A DNA stretch of 56,751 nt, filler included, from Gonapodya sp. JEL0774 (taxonomy: Eukaryota): the NCBI GenBank assembly GCA_027604505.1. It is 2 parts of 2 records of this genome, joined end to end, with 100 filler letters (N's around TTAATTAATTAA, not from the genome) between each part and the next. Parts side by side here need not be neighbours in the genome. Positions count along the whole stretch, not along the records: positions 1 to 28,378 come from JADIIX010000210.1; 1 more part is not named here. The stretch is one strand, 5' to 3'. This document shows, one piece after another, positions 1 through 13,096 of this stretch (within the stretch, counting starts at the first letter, position 1; every line of letters begins with the position of its first letter). The notes under the pieces were generated by a model, which ran no database searches, was not told the DNA's origin, and saw only the letters and a program-made list of their open reading frames with translations. The position numbers were made by a program, and so were the translations under genes.

Positions 1-1129
1 CGGTGTCATCAATACATCGTCCGTAGCGCCGACAATGAGGATCCTGCCCATGCAGTTGTTGAGAACAGTTGAGGCATTGCAAAATGGCCACACCCAGGAA
101 AAAGCATACTGTAATGGAACGACAACAGATTCGACACGCTCAAGCTTAGACCAAGCAGCAAAAGCTCCCAAAAGAGTAGTTTCGGATGAATAGAAAACGC
201 GTTGAGCAAGCTGAGGGGTCTTTAGCATGTGGAAGGGATTCCATGTCAAGTTTGCCAGGAGCAGATTCCATGTGTCGATCCACGCCCAATTGGTGAATGG
301 CAGGTAGCTGTACGGATTCGGAGGAAAGCCATTAAGGTGGACAAAGGCAGAGCACAGCTTTGGGGACAGGTGGGACACGTTCGGCGGCGGGTGGGTAAGA
401 AAATGTTGGACAAGACCTCCACCAGCAGAGTGTCTGTACAGATCACTGAGTGACTTCCTAGTAGTGTGCCAATAAAGCGGAAAATTCTTGACACTGACCC
501 GAAAATGATTGGAGGTTTCCCGGGTGTCTCTGTCAGGATTCGCCCAACAACGATACCGAGGTCGACATTCCATTCCTCGAGCGTATGGAACAGTTCGCGC
601 CCAGGAAATTTGCTTGATAAGCCGTGATCTCGGAGTGACAGAGAATAACAATCCGCTCCCAGTGCGGCAAAGTGGCTCAGGTAGTTTTCAAAACTGCGAT
701 CGACATCCTTTCGTCAAAGTATCTCGCGAGAAGAACAAATTCTTGCTACTTACCAATAAGCCGAGTGAAAGCCACCATGAACAAAGACGATCGGCGGTAG
801 CTCTGGCGGTTTGGTCGCCTTTAACATGACATATTGCCTGATGGTTCATAATCATGTCCATCCAATGACCCAAACACAACCGGGTTCTCGGTGGAGTTAC
901 ATACCTTTTTGATCCAAACTTCGATCTCCAGTCCATTTTCTTCCCATATCTCCACCGTGATTCCAGATCCGGATGATGGAACCACCTTCTGGTCTGGATT
1001 CGCCCACGACGACCAAGGTTTGACCGTCTGCGTTGAGGCTACAACGTACCAGCGATACAAGAAAGCCGCTGCGGAAAGTCCAAATGCAATGGATAAGGTA
1101 CTCGGTCTGTTTGTCGTGAGTAAATCCAT
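1..1129 (-). CDS. Alpha/beta-fold hydrolase with N-terminal membrane anchor (multi-exon, 3' end runs off the window)
   Basis: Manual splicing gives a hydrophobic N-terminus (LSIAFGLSAAAFLY), PPIVFVHGGFHSAY, FENYLSHFAALGADCYSLSLRDHGLS, nucleophile elbow GHSAGG (~440-520, across an intron) and RILIVGATDDVLMTP near the window start. Confidence 0.8.
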
Positions 1130-1256
1130 GACGGTTGTGAATCCGGAGCAGGACCTGAAACGGTNNNNNNNNNNNNNNNNNNNNNNNNNNNNNNNNNNNN
1201 NNNNNNNNNNNNNNNNNNNNNNNNNNNNNNNNNNNNNNNNNNNNNNNNNNNNNNNN

Positions 1257-2390
1257 ACGTACGTTTATGATCGTACTCTCGACGGGGCAACAAGCATCGC
1301 CATCTCAATATTCAGCACCAATATTAAATCTAGCCGACCACGTTGGCTAGGACTTGTACTCTCATTTGCTGTTCCTCTAGTTCCGGCGTTGGGGGCGACA
1401 TTACCACAGATCATTGATCCCGATTCGTGGCAAGATCCACAAAACTGTTACATCGGAATGCGTAGAGGAGACAGATGGGAGCAAGTAATGATGCCAGGAT
1501 TACTATGCTTTATTGATCTTTGCATCTCATGAGTTCAACATCCCTCCGAAGATAACTCTGGCAGTTGGCGTTCCAATTATTGTCCCATCAACGATCATAC
1601 TGTGTCTCTTCTTCATTACGATTATCCACATTACAAGCCTTAAAAGACAAGTGAGAGCATCAAATCCAATGAAGGTCGCTTCGAATGAGAACACGGCTGG
1701 TAGTGTGCGCCATGGTCCACCCTCAATTCAAACGTCTTCAGTAGACAAACTCAATCACCCAAAACAAGTCCGGGAGAAGAAGACTAGGTGGTTCCGAAGT
1801 CACATGACGGCCGTCATGCTTTCCAAAAACGTATTTTACAAAATGGGCGGGATGAGTTTTGCCACCGCTATCTTCGGCGCAGCGTACGGATTCGCGGCAA
1901 TATCCACCGGAGTTTCCATTGCTCAGGGGCAAGTTGCATTTTGATATAGTTGTGCATATTCTGTTCTTGCGATGTTAACGTACGGACTCATCTTGACTTC
2001 AGTCGCATGGTACAAGTTGATGGGGGCGCAAGTCTGTGGAAGATTCTCAACACCTTCACTGGCGTGGCTTATTTTGCTGTCATAGGTCAGTCGTGTCAGT
2101 GGGACTCGTTATATTTTTGCTGTAGAGTTTGTGTATGAACCGGTTAATTAATCGATCATCTTTCACCGCTCGCAGCGTCTATCACAGAAGTGCGTGAAGC
2201 CTTAGCACCTCTGTTCGTGAAGAGGAGTAAAATACTTAGTGCTGGTTTGGGAAGTCCGGTTTTGTCCTCTCCGCCGACGGCAGACAAGAGCAGAAGCCAC
2301 GATCTTGAGAACCTGCGGAAAACAACATCTGTTAGTTCGCTGCGAGGAGTGAAACAAGAAGATCCCAATTCAAATGAAAGGCGTGCATAG
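1257..2390 (+). CDS. Seven-transmembrane GPCR-like protein, C-terminal half (5' part lost in the N gap)
   Basis: Four spaced hydrophobic helices (WLGLVLSFAVPLVPALG; LAVGVPIIVPSTIILCLFFITII; SFATAIFGAAYGFAAI; ILNTFTGVAYFAVIG), an extracellular-loop Cys (NCYIG), a long basic loop and a polar tail. Confidence 0.5.
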
Positions 2391-2691
2391 AAACAGGACA
2401 CAAAATACAGCGAACGTAGTTGAATTTCAGTGATTGGTACATATTCTCAGGCTCAAGGGGGGCGATCAAGATTTCTTGGGTTCTAAAATATTCAGTANNN
2501 NNNNNNNNNNNNNNNNNNNNNNNNNNNNNNNNNNNNNNNNNNNNNNNNNNNNNNNNNNNNNNNNNNNNNNNNNNNNNNNNNNNNNNNNNNNNACGAATTG
2601 ATACACTCGAAAGAATATGAGGATAGTTTGTAAACTCGTGGCTCTGAGAACCAATCCTATCAAACAATCCTATCAAACAGAGGTATTCCTG

Positions 2692-3590
2692 CTAAGTTCG
2701 CACACCGTTGATGGACCAGAATCCGCACTTTCCCTGCGCCCGTGATTCGCCCGTCGCCTCCACAAAAGTTCTGCACTTTTCGTACGGAGGTGCATATAAA
2801 TGAAGTGACACCGCGTTCTTGTGGGAGCTCGGGTTCCGAATCCGATGGAGTGAGATGGTCTGGTTTTGGTCAGCATATGATGAGGCATGACGTGCTCCAC
2901 ATGTGACGATGAAGAATCACTCACATCATGGATATACGCAACATTCCCCGCTGTTAGGGATGTGCGCTTAATCATTGTCATCGCCTCGCTATGGTTGTCT
3001 GTCTCTTGAACTCTTTGGGACGTGTTTGTCGCCGCAAGTTCTGGAGGGGCGCAGCCATGTGGCCATGCAAAGCGTTCCTCCACCAACTCTCCCTCGAGCA
3101 CTTTCATGACACAGTGAGATGATGGGTGATCATGAATCGGGCTGTGAATATACCGTAGTTCACGTGAGCCCAAAGCAATAGTTCTGAATTGCGTCGATAA
3201 ACTTACTAACCTCGATGCTCCAGCCGGCCAACAAAGCAACATGAGTGCATAGTTGCCTTCTACAGTATCCACAAGATTTCTCGTATACTTGCCCTCCGTG
3301 AAGAAGCGATACTTTGCCCATTCACTCTTGTCATTCGCTGGGTAACCTTGCATGACATGTTGGACCCACTTCAAGTCTATACAATCCCCAGTCAGTGTTG
3401 ATCGAAGTAAGCCAGCTAACTCAGAGAGAGAAGAGGGCCTGGCAAAATCCAGCGGCCTTTCTGGAGACAGGGCAGTTGCTTTCGGGTCGTTCTCATCACT
3501 GCCCACAAGTGTTTCGGCACTGGAACCTGGGTCCGTGGGCAGAGGAGGGAGAGGCAAGCGAGTTTGATATTGATTGACGAGGGAGAACAT
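2692..3590 (-). CDS. CDO1: Cysteine dioxygenase (3 exons)
   Basis: YTRNLVD, LLCW, SPIHDHPSSHCVMKVLEG, SLHRIRN and SLHLYAPP motifs. The 3-His iron site, substrate Arg and cross-link Cys/Tyr are all present after splicing. Confidence 0.93.
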
Positions 3591-3899
3591 GCTGTCCTTT
3601 TCCTGAAGAATGGTGAAGTGGCGAACTTGAGGGTCTAGTGTCACGAGGTCTGGCGAAGGTGCGAAGATTCAACTCACGACTCGATTCACGGGACTTGAGC
3701 CGAACTTGAATACAGTGGAAGGATAATGCGCGCCTCTTAGACCGTGTGCGATGGCGTTTCGGGTTTGCCCAAACTGTGGGGAAACTCTATTGGAAGCCTG
3801 GAGGCACCCGGCCCGTGAAGAGAACTCAAACTATTGATTAGTCACCAATCCGCTGTTCAGGCCCCGTCTAAATATGTATCTATGGGACATTCCTCTCAG

Positions 3900-6216
3900 T
3901 GATGAAGGGTTCACATCTGATACTTTATTCGCATCCCACAATTCAGATTTTGCTGTTGCTTGGCATCCGGGGGAACACGACTACTTTCGGATTGATTGCA
4001 AACGCTTCCCAAGAATCACGATTACTGACCTCAACAATGGGCGGTGGATCGTACCGTTTGCTGTCGTGATCCGAACTGAGGAGTGAGGGGTCGGGAAGAA
4101 AGATTCGAAGAAAGGCGTACCATGGGGCATCTCTTGTGCTCGGAATTTTCACAAAATTAGGCATGAGAGAAGAGTTGGAAGGAGGATCGGGCTGTGTCGT
4201 GGCGAATTGATTAGGCAACAATTGACCGGCACTTTGACTTCACCCTGCACGTTCAGATTCACTCACTCCGAACAAAATAACTAAACTTCCCCCTCGGTCC
4301 AGAAATTTGCCGTGGGTCAAATCACCTATACTACTTGCTGACGCCCCATCATCCGTGACCGTTCGAAAGTCCCGACCACACACAGTAACGCTCCAACAGC
4401 CATCGGTAGCAGGTACTCTGGTCCGTTTGTACGTCAAGCCGGTAAAGCTATCCCTTGCTACCGCACGCTGACCGCTTAGATCCGACGATCCGCCTTCAAA
4501 GGTCATCACATAGTAGCCACCACCGCGGAGGGGCGCGCCAGCGAGTGTTCGAAGACAGTAGTAATCGATACATTCTGGCACAGATAACCGAAACGGTACA
4601 GCTTGAGAAATTAGCGCTCGGTCGAGTAAGGTTAGGAGAGACAACTCTTCGGGTGTGTCCAGAGGTGGAGTGGGGTGGTAGGCTCCCTCGGGTGAGAAAG
4701 GGGTGCGGCGGTTCGAGCCAAATCTTGAATGGTCATAGCTGGGCACTTTCATTGCTTTTAGTTGGTACACTATGCTTAGCCACTGGTTCCGCGATGTAAC
4801 GAGACATGACAGCGGGAGTTTCGTGTGATTTCTGAATTCTCCAAGTTCTTTCAGCAGAGGGACAGGTAACGAAACTCCAAGCAGCTCGTGCGTTCGAGCA
4901 AGCACCAAAGCCTTTCCAACCTGCGCAGCATTAATCAAGTCCCTCAAGAGTCCCTCAGAAGCAATTTTTGCCGCGGGCCCAGACTTCCCTTGAGCCAGGC
5001 GAGAGAGTCGATGGTAAAGAAAGCCCTCGGAAGGATCGAAAACACCGAGATCTTCCATACGAGAGAGAAAGGAGGCTGTAGCCGATCGGGTTGGCGGATT
5101 AGATACCTGAGGAACCAAAGCCGATCTAAACGTTGCAACACAAAGGGGCCTTAAAGTGTGAGCGGCCCTCTACGAGTTGGTCCTCACAAGTATTCGGAAT
5201 GCGATTTCCCAATGACGGAGCAGCTGAGGAATTTCGGGCTCTTCATCGGGTTGATCAAATATGCGGAGCTGTTCACTCCTCCAATTCACCCGGACCCAGC
5301 TCCGTGCGACTTAACACAAGAAGTGAAGTTATTATGCGTGACGAACAGAGTATATGCGTGATGCCTTTGCGTACCAGGATGCTTTTCGAGTTCCAGTATT
5401 TTCAGGTCATGTTGTACCTCACGCACTTGTTGCAGGGCAACACCATTTTTGACCAGGCATCTTGCGTAAAGCAAGTACAAGTTGCTAGGAACTTTCACAA
5501 CGGTAACAGGGTTCAAGACCTCGCCCGTCATCTTCAAACTTTGGGGTCGGAGAATCTGAATTGCAGAGTGAAAACCAGGACCAACAAAGCAATACACGTG
5601 GCTATCACTGCGATTAGTGCGTGAGCCTAGAGTGACAGCTGGAGAATCGACAGTTCCTGTGTGAAATAGCGTAATCTGGGATAGATATATCTGGCAAAAC
5701 CCACGACTTTCGTCCCATGGAGAGTGCAATCCAATGACATAATACATTCCGAAAAACCATTCAGGTACCTTTGCAATCGAATTGTAGAGGCGAGTCAAGG
5801 ACAGCATTCGGCATGCAACATGACATTCTCTCATCCGAAAGCTGAGGAAGTAGGACACTAACCTCAAGACACACCGGGCCCTTTGACAAGTTAAGTAACG
5901 CCAGACTTGTGAGCATATTCAGAGTCGGCGTGTTTCCGAAAGCTTCAACATCACCCGAGGTGTCGAGCCGGAGCTTCGGCGATGAAAAGATTCCTCGGTC
6001 TACAGGGAGTTTTGAGTGAACCCATTCGACGTTGGGTCTCAACCGCCGAGGTTGCGCCGTTTTAGGAGGTCGAGAGGAAGGATCCGAGATCGTGAAGGAC
6101 TCGGGCGGAAACGTTCGGGCGAGGATGGAATCGTGGAACGAGACAAGCGGGTATGTTAAGAGAAAGGCATCGAGGAGAAACCGCGGGATATCGGAATGTT
6201 CGTTGGTTTCTGACAT
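3900..6216 (-). CDS. Hypothetical multi-exon protein
   Basis: Chain of long minus-strand ORFs (5761-6255, 5286-5867, 4240-5118, 3943-4221) with plausible GT-AG junctions; no recognised domain. Both ends uncertain. Confidence 0.45.
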
Positions 6217-6451
6217 TGTCCGTGTTGCGTGCAAGGTTACATGATTCACCAACATAATTATCAGCCGTTNNNNNNNNNNNNNNNNNNNNNNNNNNNNNNN
6301 NNNNNNNNNNNNNNNNNNNNNNNNNNNNNNNNNNNNNNNNNNNNNNNNNNNNNNNNNNNNNNNNNNCGTGCGTTTTTTTGATCACCACCAATCAACGTTT
6401 ACACAAGTGTAGACGTTCCTTTGTAGCAATACACATGTGCAGTGCATAAGA

Positions 6452-8628
6452 TTAGAACCGGAACGTCTCCCAGTGTACGTAAACGAAACTACTTTCATCG
6501 GACATATCACACGCGACGTTCCGCACTTCCCTCACCAGGTTCTTTGGCCCACACACTCCCACTGCTATATCCTCACCAGGGTACGAGGTTTTCAGAGCTT
6601 TGAGTATATCCCGTATCTTTGGCCTCCCCTTTTCGAAGAAGCTGTTCTGCTCCTCCCTGAGTTTCAGCTCGTCCACTCGAGTGAGGTAGACCCGGAACGC
6701 AACTTCGAACCCACGACTACGTATGAATTCCGCGCGCTGGTAGCAATCGTAGAGCTCTGACTGGAACCACTCGTACTGATCAATGGTCTGGATGGACCAC
6801 ACAAAAGTAACAGAGTGGACGCTGTAGGCGAGACCATTCTGTTCGATGGGGAAATCATCAAATATGTGAGGTTCAAGTCTTTGATAGACCGACTACGGGC
6901 AAAGCGCACTTGCCTCCATCCGGGACAGCTGATCCAGGAGAATGCTCAGCATTGGAGTACATCCGATTCCCCCCGCAAACAGAACTACGACGCCTTTATC
7001 TCCAAAGTCTACACTTGAATGCCCATAAGCTCCATCGACGTGTAGGGATAATGCTGGATCCGAATCTTCGATGCGCTTTCGCGCTTCCCGGTGGAGCTTG
7101 TGGGTCCAGTCACCGAGATCCTTGATGTGCACAGTAATGGCGACATTGTCTTCCATAAGGTCTGGCTATCGTGATACAGGCGGGGGAGGTCTGTATTTAG
7201 ACATTCTACGAATTAAATGGTCGGGCGGCGCAAGAGCAGTTACCTGTGAGCTTATGGTGAAAGGATACCATTCCATCCACGATATGGTAGGAACACTCAA
7301 GAACAGATATTGCCCAGCCTCGTGTCTGATAACTGGGTGGTGGAACTTCAATCGGAGGACGCTACCGGGCCCATTTTCGGGCCCAATGACTTCCATGTCT
7401 GCTAAAGGCACAGGAATTGTGCTCTTCCACCTTCTCAAAAATCGGTCGGCCATGTATAGCACTAAGCCTGGCCCCGAAAAGATCATGAAGCTGATGGGGG
7501 AACCAGGGCGGTACCACACGTGGAGCATTCCAAAGCCAAAGTACATGGGAAACAGAACCAAGTGCGAGTAGTAGAACGTGCGAAAGAATCGACGTCGGAA
7601 GAGGGAGTGGGAAAGGATTGTGAGGAGGGAGACGGAAATCCACGCTACGAGACCGTACTGATTTGAAACATCTCCCTGGAGGAAATCGAGCACGGTGCCA
7701 TTCAAATCGTAAAATTGAAGAAAGCAGCTGACATGGATGGTGATCATTAACCAGCACTGAGAAGCATTTGGACATTTGTAAAGACCCTCTCCGGAGACAG
7801 CATCTTCTCCAACAAACTGCTTGAACTCACCATCTTTCCGGACCAGCGGTGAAACGTGACGGTTCTTTCAAATGGAATCCCGGTTAAAGAAGTGATGATG
7901 GAGTTCCGAGTAGCGCACATCACGACAAAGAAGCCATTTCCCATCCCCAACAACGCCGAGCGCCGGCCAATGCTGTAGTTAAAGCTCTGACCCGTATAGT
8001 CGGCTGACGTTGGGAGGAGAAGTAAGAGAATGTTCAATAGAGTGTAGAAGCAGAGCTGGATGAGCTCTCCGAGACCCTGCATTAAACAATGTCGGTTTCT
8101 TCGACGGTAGCTCGATCCACCAACCTTAAACGACATACTCACCGTATCGTTGACTAGAGGCACGGGATGATACTGGTAATAGTACAGTCTATGAAACCAC
8201 AGTGCTGCATTCGATTTGACTACGGTGCCAGTTTTCTTTAATGTGACCACACGAGACCCAAGGAGGCCTGCGTGAGAGCCTTCATTGGGCGAGACAACAG
8301 TATCGGGCGACTTTGGAGAGAGTTTTCGAGGAGTAGGCGTCTCAGGACTCGTGTTGCAACTTGCGCCAGGATGCTGTCCTGACGCATCCAATCTTTGCCA
8401 CTGATCTACGGTGGAGTCCAGGTACTTCTTTCTCCGTTTTATTCGGCTCAGCACGTGCATAATGTGACGCATTGAAGCTGCAAAAAGCAGCCCGCAAATA
8501 ACAGTGACTAATATTGAGGCCGGAGCAACCTGTCATGAATGATGGGGAACCCGCCATATTTTCAGGGCTTAGAGATATCCGATACGGTAATTGCGGCGGG
8601 TTGCAAAGGTTCTCACCGTCGCCACCAT
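6452..8628 (-). CDS. Ferric reductase / NADPH oxidase (FRE/NOX) family flavocytochrome
   Basis: FERTVTFHRWSG and IH (heme His pair 1), YYSHLVLFPMYFGFGMLH (pair 2), GQYLFL..EWYPFTISS, GDWT, VDGAYG, AGGIGCTP, GRP, VCGP and terminal ETF. Likely start MVAT at 8628 followed by an intron. Confidence 0.9.
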
Positions 8629-8777
8629 TTCAAAGGAATTGTATCAATGAGACGATTTTTCAGCTCTTCGTCGGTTTCGGCCATTTCTGCTGACCACAGC
8701 TCAGTCATGACACATTTTTTTGTGTGACTCGCAAATCCGCAAACGAGAAAGCCGAGTTCCAGAACCACTCCAACCCA

Positions 8778-11158
8778 ATGCCATATTTCCTTCCTATCAC
8801 CCTTTTTCTCGTTGGTTTCGTGTCCTGGGCGTGCGGTAACCCCACGACATCCGGCGGACTTTGTTCTGACGACATGACGACGCTCGCGCAATCCTCGCAT
8901 GGGTCGAGCACGTTCTCAGGAGTATGTCCCTTGATTAGCGTCGCCGCACAGGGGACGCCGCTCAAGTATTCGATCACTTTGAGCAACTCGATTGCAACCT
9001 TTGAAGGTCTCTTGATTTTTGTGGTGGATTCTGGTGGAAGTGGTCTGGGAACTTTCACGGTATCTGGGAGCAGTTATCGATTTCCGACAACTTGTAGACC
9101 TTCAGGCGCTTTCCTTGTGAGCGTCGGACCTCGTCAAAATGCCAAGTCGGATTCCAATGCCCGTCATCTGCCTTTCTTAGGAACACACAAACAAGAATTC
9201 CAAGACGCTTCCGGTAACATTCACTTGGACTGCTCCCTCATCGGCTTTAGATGGTGCCAAAGTCTACGTACGCGGAGTCGGTGAGCAATTTCCTAACAAG
9301 CGGTGCCATGTAAATGCCACGTGTCCCATTGAATCATTGTATTCAAAAGTTGTTGCCAATTCAATTTCAACGTACTGCAAGTTTGCGCCATATACTTTCA
9401 ATGTCACCAATCCTCAAAGTATTACAAGTAGAGCATCTGGACTTGCCACGACCACTTCAAGATCTGTCGGCAACAAGCTACCATCGACCACACAAGAGGT
9501 GCCCAATTCCTCCACTTCGCCTTCTTTGACATCGACTCTCAATGCTACCACTGGAGATACTAGACTCAATTCATTGGAGCTCATACCGTCGTTGGCTCTG
9601 CAGAACCGAGTCCATATCGCAATGGCGACAACCTGTACGATGACTATGCTCACACTCTCAGCCATAAATGCATTTTTAAAGAAGCGTGACTCCGCTCGTT
9701 TGAAAAAGGAAGCCAAACGAAGGGACTTTGTTACTTCGAATGAAGGGAGTGGCCGACTAAAACCGACGTTGGGGGCACAGGGTCCTAGTATCGGCTCATC
9801 CACAGCACTTGAACGTCAGAGTCCCTCTACCCCTTCGATACGGCGATCAACCGTGAATGTCGCAGTTTCAGTCGCACTAATTGCGACAGCGATCACGAGT
9901 GTGTCCGGGTATTCGACGGGCGCAGGATCCATGTGAGCCGCGCATTTCTTTCCATTTGTATTGGAAGTCTTGGCTCACCGATCACTGTTCTGTCAGCTGC
10001 TCCAATACTCTCAGTCAGCTTGCCACCGCTCATGGATCTACAACTTGGCCCGCCACCACCATGTGTCACAGCATAATAGCTACGCAAAACGCAAATTATC
10101 GATCTTGGACAATAAAACTGGTTGCGAGTACAGCTGGCACAACATATGAGGGAATTTTCTTGTACACCGAGAACAGTGCCGCTGCGAAGGTTGGGAGCTT
10201 CTCCCCTGCACCTTCTGGAATGCGTCTCAAGTCGGACTGCTCAGGAGTCTCTGCAGGACCAATTCTGGAGCATACAAGTAAGACTGCAAAGAATCTTCCC
10301 GCGATCTTTATCTGGACAGCCCCGCCATCTATTCTCGATGGATCCACAATAACAGTCAAGGGATTGGGTGAGTTAAAACTCAGTTCTCGCGAAAGGAGCC
10401 TTTGGTGCTCACACAAAGCCCCCTTGACCGCCTTTTCATCCAGTGGTTGGTGTTGGCATGCGCAATTTCTGTCAGATCCGGGGAGCCATGTTCACACTCA
10501 CACCACCTTCCGGATCTCCTCCTGCGGGGTCCGGCAATTCAACACTGGCGGGGTCTCCACCCACTGGAACACAAACGCAAGGCGCGACTGGCACCATTAC
10601 ATCGGCACCGACCGCGACAGATGGTTCTGGAGTTGGCGGGGGTGCAGGAACCATGACAGGATCAGGACCTGGAACGGATGAATCAGGAACGAATGCTTCT
10701 GATGGAGGTTTGTGAACATTTTATAAGGAAATTCTTCGTACTCTCACCGTCCCATTCTCAGAGAACGATGCGGCCCATGTTCCCACGATCTTTGAAACCT
10801 CCGACGCTGTGTGGTTGATGTGCTCGATCGGTGCGGTCCTTGCAATAATTGGATACTCCGCTGAAGAGTTTCTTAAACACTTGGAGCTTGTTAGGGTTCG
10901 CAGAGTCCGCAGGTGGGTGTTTCCCATGGCTGAATCGAATGCGGTAGCTTTTTGCTTACTTCATATTCCCCAAAATATTCAAATACTGATGGGAAATTCC
11001 CAAACAGAGCGAAGAAAAAGGCAGAACATATTCGTAAGAAGCTACAGAATTCTCACCTGACAACGGAGCGGTCCGCCGAGTTGGCCGAGAACACATCACC
11101 AAAGGAGAGAGCCCCGCCCACGAAGAAGGTAGCTTCGATTGCTGACCTCGACGCATGA
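8778..11158 (+). CDS. Membrane protein with signal peptide and two reeler-like domains
   Basis: Signal peptide MPYFLPITLFLVGFVSWACG. Two repeats with F/YEGx(L/F)..GxF..C..EHTxKxxKxLPxxFxWTAP, each followed by a Ser/Thr/Gly-rich linker and a hydrophobic helix. Confidence 0.75.
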
Positions 11159-11438
11159 GAAAAATAGATCTTTCATGCTCTGAACACCGTGGCTATTGCG
11201 ACCATTGCGAGGGCGATGGAGTACGTTAGAGCACTCGCTCTATCCACAATGAATGCTTTAAATGAAATGAATGCTTTCGATGAGCATTCCTGCACAGCTC
11301 GACATGCACAAGATCATGTAGTATCCCAACCTTATAAGTGGTGTTTTCACAAACTTAATCTACGAAAGCGAACAGTATATACCCATGATATTGTGCCATA
11401 ATTCTGGCCGTTTCGGGACCAAGGACCGCTTTGGCGAA

Positions 11439-13096
11439 TCACTTTATTGCGACAGGATTGATCGGGGATCCAACAGCTCCCGTTATTGGCAACGGCGTGG
11501 CAGAGAGCACTGTACGAGACATAAGAGTGACGATTAGCGTCCGGTTCGACAGCCACACGGTACCAATTAGCCCCCTTTTGCACTCACTGAACTCGTATAC
11601 ACCATCTTCAGCGCAATCCTTCCCAAGATCTTCCAAATTCCAGATCTCACCGATCAGCAGACCCATGTTCTGATGTGATGATCGTGTTTCACTGATTGAG
11701 TTTCATATCAAACGCGACAGTGACGGTACTTACAGGAATGCACACTTGGTGGCACGGCTGGCTTGCATTAGGGAATTCGTTTGGGATCACTTCAAACCCT
11801 ACAATGCCACGTTGGGAGGTACAAGTGACTCAAACAGTACGTAATTTAGCACACCGCGTAATTCTCACCCCAGGTGTCCGTTGCGATACCAGCGATTTCG
11901 GTGCGGTGAATCCAGTCAAGAGTTTCAAAGCTTTAGGCATCGAAATTTTGTCGCTGTGAGTCTCACCCAAGTCTTAACTGGAACAACCAATCTCAAAGAT
12001 ACCTCATTCCTGGTGCATCTCCTCCTGCATATGTTCCCCACGATCCTCTCTTCTTGTAGCGTTCCATTTGTCCTGTCCGAACCAGAACGATGTCACCCTT
12101 GCGAACTTCTACATTTTGCCTTTTAAGACATTCGAGGACGTCCCTTTCCTTGATGGCAAAACCGTCCGGGAGCACACCAGGGACACCCTCCGGTGTGGTT
12201 TTCCCCAGCATTCGACCGATGTCCAGGAGGACTCCCCGAGTGACTATATCGTGCCGAAGCACCTCGATACCGGTGTAGTGGTCTCCAGCGGGCGTGACAT
12301 GTTCGTGGCAGGGAATGTTCCCGTATCCGACACCATGCGAGAAAGTATGTCCCTAGCGATGGAGAAAATTATCTCAGATCAAACTCTGGATCACGGTTTT
12401 GGCCTTCTCCAAAAGAACCATCACTTACCAAGCCATCCCACTGGGTACCAGCTTGCAGTGGCATTGTTATATAGTCATCGGTAAAAGCGATCCCGTGGGG
12501 AAACTTTGGCGCATGCTACACGGAGAAGAAGAGGGGGCGGGGTGAGAAGTATCCGAAAGAGAGTGGACCGAAAAGCAAAGGGGGCTTACCGAACCCGTGT
12601 AGTCTGATCCTGTAAGTGTGAAGAGGTGGAGGGGATTGTTACGCCGGTACCTGGGTAATTCAAGTTCACATATGAATCACTTTTCAATGACCGGGTGGAC
12701 ATGAAAGGACGTACTGTCCATTTTGTGGTCCGTGCTCGTTCAACTGAAGAGCACAAGATATGGCCTTTCCAGTCTTGATGCACTTGCTGGCTTCAACCCG
12801 TTTCTCGGGCGTGATGTAGTTCGCTGTTCCCTTGCGGTCATCCTGGGAACCGAAGGGAGTTGGTGATGACGAACATATGACCTATTCTCCGTTCCATTTT
12901 TACCTTCCCAAACTTGTCCCAGTTCCGATACTTGGCAATGGCAGCGTTAATGGATGATACCTATAATTCGCCGAAAGCGAGGGGATCAGCGATTGCGATT
13001 CGGCGGACCTGGCGCGCAGGATTTGAAACGCACTGCATCAGTCGAGATATACTCTGGGGTGACCTTCCACTCATCTTGCTCCTTTTGCTGGGACAT
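11439..13096 (-). CDS. Cyclase family (kynurenine formamidase-like) metal-dependent hydrolase, copy 1
   Basis: YRNWDKFGK-DDRKGTANYITPE, PLQAGTQWDGL, RGVLLDIGR, GDIVLVRTG, GEIWNLEDL and C-terminal PLPITGAVGSPINPVAIK; many short introns. Confidence 0.88.

Noticed and set aside
8613..8708. MTELWSAEMAETDEELK as first exon of the ferric reductase
   Set aside because: Its splice phase does not fit the next exon; the short MVAT exon (ATG 8628) does.
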